Of a stretch of DNA of 64,000 nt, positions 59,757 through 64,000 are shown piece after piece. The DNA is from Cyanobacteria bacterium J06638_7. Its GTDB lineage: Bacteria; Cyanobacteriota; Cyanobacteriia; PCC-6307; Cyanobiaceae. The notes beneath the pieces were generated by a model. It saw only the letters and a program-made list of their open reading frames with translations, was not told where the DNA came from and ran no database searches. Numbering within the stretch: the stretch's first letter is position 1; every line of letters starts with the position of its first letter. The position numbers and the translations under genes are program-made. The DNA lies in contig JBCBTI010000001.1 in assembly GCA_039818745.1 (NCBI GenBank), forward strand, positions 66,257-130,256, written 5' to 3'.

Positions 59757-60035
59757 TCAGCCCGCCGGTGACTGCGGGCGCGGCTCCAGGGCGATGTGGT
59801 TGAGCAGGGTGGTGGTGAAGGCGAACAGCAGGAACGGCAGCGACAGCACCAGGATCAGCCCCACCCCCAGCAGGGCGTACACCGGCCGGCTGGCACCCAT
59901 CAGGGCCAGGCCGGCGGCAAGGCTCACGAAGATCACTGCCATCCAGATCAGGATCTGGGCGTAGATGTCTCCGAAGCTGAGGGTGCAGCGCAGGTTGTAG
60001 GCCTGGGCGGGGAAGGGGTCTGAACCGGCAGACAT
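59757..60035 (-). CDS. small two-helix membrane protein
   Basis: 92 aa with ATG confirmed at 60035. TM helices ILIWMAVIFVSLAAGLALM and LLGVGLILVLSLPFLLFAF. No family recognised. Confidence 0.5.
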   Translation of the reverse strand: MSAGSDPFPAQAYNLRCTLSFGDIYAQILIWMAVIFVSLAAGLALMGASRPVYALLGVGLILVLSLPFLLFAFTTTLLNHIALEPRPQSPAG

Positions 60036-60129
60036 GGCTCGGTGGCGGTTTCACCACCTAAGCCGCGGGCGCCTGCTCTGGACCGTCTCCGCAACAAGAG
60101 TTGCGCATTGCGGCCTCGGGCCTGCGGCT

Positions 60130-61887
60130 TCAACCGTGGCTGCGCACCGCTGCGCCCACCTGCTCCCGCGCCCAGAGCCGCCGGTAGGTGCCGGGCACCT
60201 CCAGGAGCTCGGTGTGGGTGCCCTGCTGCACGAGGCGGCCCTCCTCGAGCACCAGCACCCGGTCGCAGGCGGCGGCGGCGGAGAGCTGGTGGCTGATCAT
60301 CAGCACCGTGCGGCCCTCCTCCCCCTGGCCGCGGATCGAGCGCAGGATCTCGGCTGCGGTGGTGTTGTCGACGCTGGCCAGGGCATCGTCGAGCACCAGC
60401 ACTGGGGCATCGACTAGCATCGCCCGGCCGAGGGCCGTGCGTTGCCGCTGGCCGCCGCTGAGGGTGATGCCCCGCTCGCCCACCAGGGTCTGGTAGCCAT
60501 CGGGGAAGCCGCGGATGTCGCCGTCCAGCCGGGCCTTGGCGGCCACGGCCCGCACCTGCTCGAGGGACGCCTCGGGTTCTCCGTAGCGCAGGTTGTCGGC
60601 CAGGCTGGCGGTGAACAGGTAGCCCTCCTGGGGCACAAGCGCCACCTGGCGGCGCAGATCCTCGAGCTGCAGTCGGGTGATGTCCACCCCATCGAGCCAC
60701 AGCTCGCCGGGGTTGATCTCCACCATCCGCCCCAGGGACCGGGCCAGGGTGGTCTTGCCGCAACCCACCGGTCCCACCACGGCCACCAGCTCCCCCGGCT
60801 CCACGTGGAAGCTCACGTCCACCAAGGCCGGGCGCGGCGCCCCCGGGTAGCGCACCGTGAGGCCGCGGGCCTCGATCGCTCCCCGCGGCCGGGGCGCGGA
60901 AGGCTGCGGATCGGCGGGGGATTCGATCAGCGGCCGGCGCCGCAGCAGCTGCTCCACCCGGTCCAGGCTCACCTGCCCGGTCTGGAAGGTGTTGAGCGTG
61001 AATCCCAACAGGGCGGTGGGAAACACCAGCCGCTCCACGAAGAGGATCAGGGCCACCAGATCGCCGATGCTGAGACGACCGGATTCCAGCTGGCCGCTGC
61101 CCAGCGCCAGCAGCAGCAGCAGGCTGATCGAGGAGATCCCCTCCAGCAGGGGGAACAGGGTGCTGCGGGTGCGGGCCAGGCCCAGGGCCGAGTCGCGGTA
61201 GACGCGGTTGCGACCCGCGAAGGCCGCCTGCTCGATGCTCTCCTGGCCATAGATCTTGATCGCGCTGATGCCGGAGAGGTCTTCCTGGATCAGGTCGCTG
61301 AGCCCCGCCAGAGCCTCCTGCTGGCGGCGCTGCTGGCGCATCATCCGCCCCCCGAACAGCCGCACCGTGAGCAGCATGAGTGGGTAGAGCCCCACGGCGG
61401 CCATGCTCAGCAGGGGGTCGATGCTGAGCATCGCCGGCAGGGTGAGGGCATAGGCCAGGGCTGTGTTGGTGAGGCTGAGCACGGCGAAACCCAGGAGCCT
61501 GCGCACGTTCTCCACATCGCTGGTGGCACGGCTGATCACCTCGCCGCTGCCGGTGGTCTGCACCCAGCCCGGCTCCTGACGCAGGAGGTGGTCGAAGATG
61601 CGCTGCTTGAGGTCGGCCTCCACCTGGCGGCCCACGCCGAACACCAGCAGCCGCGAGACCAGCCGCATGGCCCCCATCAGCGTGGCCAGCACCGCCAGCA
61701 TCAGGGCGAGCAGGAGCACATCGCTCAACGCGAAGCCGTCCTGGAGGTCGTCGATCAGCCGCCGCACCAGCAGGGGGATGCCGACGCCCAGCAGGTTCAC
61801 CACCACCAGGGCCCCCACCCCCTGGAGCACGGTGCGGCGATGGGGACGCAGATAGCGCAGGATCAGACCGGCATGCAGGGCCGCCAA
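60130..61887 (-). CDS. ABC transporter, fused permease/ATP-binding exporter (MdlB/MsbA-like)
   Basis: 585 aa. Six-helix TMD, Walker A GPVGCGKTT, signature LSGGQRQR and Walker B VLVLDDALASVD. No peptidase C39 domain. Confidence 0.9.
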   Translation of the reverse strand: MAALHAGLILRYLRPHRRTVLQGVGALVVVNLLGVGIPLLVRRLIDDLQDGFALSDVLLLALMLAVLATLMGAMRLVSRLLVFGVGRQVEADLKQRIFDHLLRQEPGWVQTTGSGEVISRATSDVENVRRLLGFAVLSLTNTALAYALTLPAMLSIDPLLSMAAVGLYPLMLLTVRLFGGRMMRQQRRQQEALAGLSDLIQEDLSGISAIKIYGQESIEQAAFAGRNRVYRDSALGLARTRSTLFPLLEGISSISLLLLLALGSGQLESGRLSIGDLVALILFVERLVFPTALLGFTLNTFQTGQVSLDRVEQLLRRRPLIESPADPQPSAPRPRGAIEARGLTVRYPGAPRPALVDVSFHVEPGELVAVVGPVGCGKTTLARSLGRMVEINPGELWLDGVDITRLQLEDLRRQVALVPQEGYLFTASLADNLRYGEPEASLEQVRAVAAKARLDGDIRGFPDGYQTLVGERGITLSGGQRQRTALGRAMLVDAPVLVLDDALASVDNTTAAEILRSIRGQGEEGRTVLMISHQLSAAAACDRVLVLEEGRLVQQGTHTELLEVPGTYRRLWAREQVGAAVRSHG

Positions 61888-61936
61888 ACCGCCAGTTCGA
61901 AGATGGGCCCAACCTAGGGATCACCGACAACGCGCC

Positions 61937-62317
61937 ATGGCTCCTTCCGCAAGCCCGGGTTCCGCTCCAGAAGGCTCCCGCGGGGGCATACCCCCGCATG
62001 ACAGCGCCGCTGCCGCGGAGGAGCAGAGTCACCCTCTCCATGCCCTCGATCGGGTGGTGGTGGACCGGCTGCTGGCGGCCGAAACACCCAGCGAAGGGGA
62101 CCTGGTGGATGCTGCCCGGCTGCTGGCGCGATACCGGGGCTTTCCCGGCGCTGCCGACCTCCAGAACGACCTCGCCAAGGTGCTGAGATTCTGGGGGCTG
62201 AGCCTGGAGGCCCTGCAGCACCGAACCCGGGCAATCTGGGCCGCCGGATACCGGCCCCAGCCTGCCGGCGGTGAGGCCGTGGGCTCGGGATTCGACACCA
62301 CTGATCAGGGCAGCTGA
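61937..62317 (+). CDS. DUF3288 family protein
   Basis: 126 aa. HPLHALDRVVVDRLL...LVDAARLLARYRGFPGAADLQNDLAKVLRFWGLSLEAL fits the DUF3288 pattern I remember. Confidence 0.55.
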   Translation: MAPSASPGSAPEGSRGGIPPHDSAAAAEEQSHPLHALDRVVVDRLLAAETPSEGDLVDAARLLARYRGFPGAADLQNDLAKVLRFWGLSLEALQHRTRAIWAAGYRPQPAGGEAVGSGFDTTDQGS

Positions 62318-62425
62318 GGCCGGCCCGCAGCCCTAGCGGGTGTTGTGTCGATCACTCAGCGAAGTCGGCCTCGACAGCGCCATCGCGGCGTTCGCGGTGG
62401 ATAGTGGAGAAGTCCCCATCACCCG

Positions 62426-62454
62426 GCCCGGTGTGCTTTGCACCCGGGCTTTTT
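62426..62454 (+). terminator. strong rho-independent terminator (plus strand)
   Basis: GCCCGG-T-GTGC / TTT / GCAC-CCGGGC forms a 10-bp GC-rich stem with one bulge, followed by TTTTT (62450-62454). The reverse complement has no U-tract, so it is plus-strand specific. Confidence 0.65.
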
Positions 62455-62536
62455 CATGCCCGCCCAGGCCCCGAGGCGAGTCCGGCGCCCCCGGGGAGCC
62501 TTGAATGGGCTGCGTTTCCCGCCCTGTGCCCCAGCC

Positions 62537-63580
62537 ATGGCTTCTGCATCCGCCGCTCCCGCCCTGCTCGAGCAGCTCCTGCGCGGCGAGTGCCTGAGCT
62601 GCCACGAGGCCGGCGCACTGATGCAGGCCTGGCTGGATGAGCAGATTCCCCCTGTGCTCACCGGCGCCCTGCTGGCGGCCCTGCGCGCCAAGGGCGTGAG
62701 CGCCGATGAACTGGCGGCCATGGCCGCGGTGCTGCGCCGCGCCTGCCCCCTGCCCTGCGAACGTCCGGGCCTCTTCCTGGTGGATACCTGCGGCACCGGT
62801 GGTGATGGCGCCGACAGCTTCAACATCTCCACCGCCGTGGCTTTTCTGGCGGCGGCCTGCGGCGTGCACGTGGCCAAGCACGGCAATCGCAGCGCCAGCG
62901 GCCGGGTGGGCTCGGCGGATGTGCTCGAGGCCCTGGAGATCCATCTGCAGGCCCCGCGGCAGCAGGTGGTGGACGCCCTTGCGCCGGTGGGCGTCACCTT
63001 CCTCTTCGCCCCTGGCTGGCATCCGGCCCTGGGGAGCCTGGCGCCCCTGCGCCGGGCCCTGGGGGTGCGCACTGTGTTCAACCTGCTGGGTCCGCTGGTG
63101 AACCCGCTCCAGCCCGATGCCCAGGTGCTGGGGGTGGCGCGGGCCGACCTGCTCGATCCGATGGCCGGTGCCCTGGCCAGTCTCGGACTGCGGCGGGCGG
63201 TGGTGGTGCACGGCGCCGGTGGCCTCGATGAGGCCTCGCTGCAGGGCCCCAGCCAGCTGCGCCTGGTGCAGAACGGCGAGGTCACCAGCCAGGAGCTCGA
63301 CCCTGCAGACCTGGGGTTGAGCGCCGCTCCCAACAGCGCCCTGGCCGGCGGTGATCTGGCCACCAACCGCGCCATCCTCGAGGCCGTGCTGCAGGGCCGG
63401 GGCAGCTCCGCCCAGAGCCAGGTGGTGGCCCTGAACACGGCTCTGGTGCTCTGGGCAGCCGGGCTCACCGACAGCATCGCCGCCGGCCACGAGCAGGCCG
63501 CAGCGGTGCTGGCGGCGGGCAGGGGCTGGCAGAAACTGTTGCAGTTGCGCCTGGCCCTGCCCATGCCTGCTGGGGGATGA
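62537..63580 (+). CDS. trpD: anthranilate phosphoribosyltransferase
   Basis: Internal ATG 62537 gives 347 aa. [38 protein letters not shown] and NLLGPLVNP motifs. Confidence 0.93.
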   Translation: MASASAAPALLEQLLRGECLSCHEAGALMQAWLDEQIPPVLTGALLAALRAKGVSADELAAMAAVLRRACPLPCERPGLFLVDTCGTGGDGADSFNISTAVAFLAAACGVHVAKHGNRSASGRVGSADVLEALEIHLQAPRQQVVDALAPVGVTFLFAPGWHPALGSLAPLRRALGVRTVFNLLGPLVNPLQPDAQVLGVARADLLDPMAGALASLGLRRAVVVHGAGGLDEASLQGPSQLRLVQNGEVTSQELDPADLGLSAAPNSALAGGDLATNRAILEAVLQGRGSSAQSQVVALNTALVLWAAGLTDSIAAGHEQAAAVLAAGRGWQKLLQLRLALPMPAGG

Positions 63581-63605
63581 TCGCTGCAGTGCCGCCCGCG
63601 CCGCC

Positions 63606-64000
63606 GTGACCACGACCGCCCTGCTGATGCTGGCCGACGGCACCCTGCTGCGGGGAGAGGCCTTCGGCGCGCTGGGCACCGCCCTCGGCGAAGTGGTCTT
63701 CAACACCGGCATGACCGGCTACCAGGAGGTGATGACCGATCCCAGCTACTCCGGGCAGCTGGTGACCTTCACCTACCCCGAGCTCGGCAACACCGGCGTC
63801 AACGGGCTCGATCAGGAGGCCCCCCGGCCCCACGTGCGCGGTGTGATCTCCCGGGAGCTGACGCCGGCGACCAGCAGCTGGCGCGCCGAGGGCGATCTCG
63901 ACCACTGGCTGGCCCGTCACGGCGTGGTTGGCATCCGCGGCGTCGATACCCGCGCCCTGGTGCGGCATCTGCGCGAGGGCGGCGCCGTCAATGGGGCCCT
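63606..64000 (+). CDS. carA: carbamoyl-phosphate synthase small subunit, 5' part (runs off window)
   Basis: From GTG 63606: [66 protein letters not shown]... is a classic CarA N-terminus. Absent from the ORF track because there is no stop before the window end. Confidence 0.85.
   Translation, partial: MTTTALLMLADGTLLRGEAFGALGTALGEVVFNTGMTGYQEVMTDPSYSGQLVTFTYPELGNTGVNGLDQEAPRPHVRGVISRELTPATSSWRAEGDLDHWLARHGVVGIRGVDTRALVRHLREGGAVNGA

Noticed and set aside
62350-62536. Classical Trp-leader-peptide attenuation of trpD.
   Set aside because: No short ORF with tandem Trp codons exists upstream of the terminator. The only small ORF (GTG 62404) runs through the terminator and has no Trp codons in its leader part (none before the trpD start).

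Overview
Very GC-rich (roughly two-thirds G+C by eye, not computed) picocyanobacterial chromosome segment. Gene content and order resemble Cyanobium or high-GC Synechococcus genomes; this is recognition only, no search was possible. I call 64 protein genes (two truncated by the window edges) and one tRNA. Packing is dense, with most spacers under 100 bp. Core housekeeping genes dominate: hemE, glgB, a TamB-like giant protein, proA, folB, oligopeptidase A, ndhD, thrB, glk, thrS, trpS, psbA, lepB, menD, menB, glgA, murF, glmU, aroA, ubiD, amiC, murI, solanesyl-PP synthase, acs, bcp/prxQ, msrA, an ABC exporter, trpD and the start of carA. Many neighbours are translationally coupled through ATGA or TGATG overlaps, which suggests long operons. 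I found no transposase, integrase, phage block, CRISPR array, rRNA, or recognisable defence or toxin-antitoxin system, so this looks like an ordinary core region rather than an accessory island. Most long antisense or alternate-frame ORFs in the six-frame track are stop-codon-poor GC artefacts. The items worth a second look are modest. (1) psbA is a compositional outlier, is a Gln-130 (D1:1-type) copy, and is flanked by short non-coding tandem repeats. (2) A strong intrinsic terminator sits between a DUF3288 gene and trpD, so a small RNA or attenuator is possible. (3) A run of tiny secreted or membrane ORFs lies around tRNA-Pro(GGG). (4) A Coq4-family protein has an intact HDxxH-x11-E motif, in a window that also holds ubiD and solanesyl-PP synthase. 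(5) A divergent hypothetical locus pairs an RHH-like/RGG-tail protein with a DUF697-type protein whose GTPase motifs look degenerate. (6) An 18-bp perfect palindrome lies upstream of ndhD. All family names given for hypothetical proteins are from memory of motifs and need HMM confirmation.
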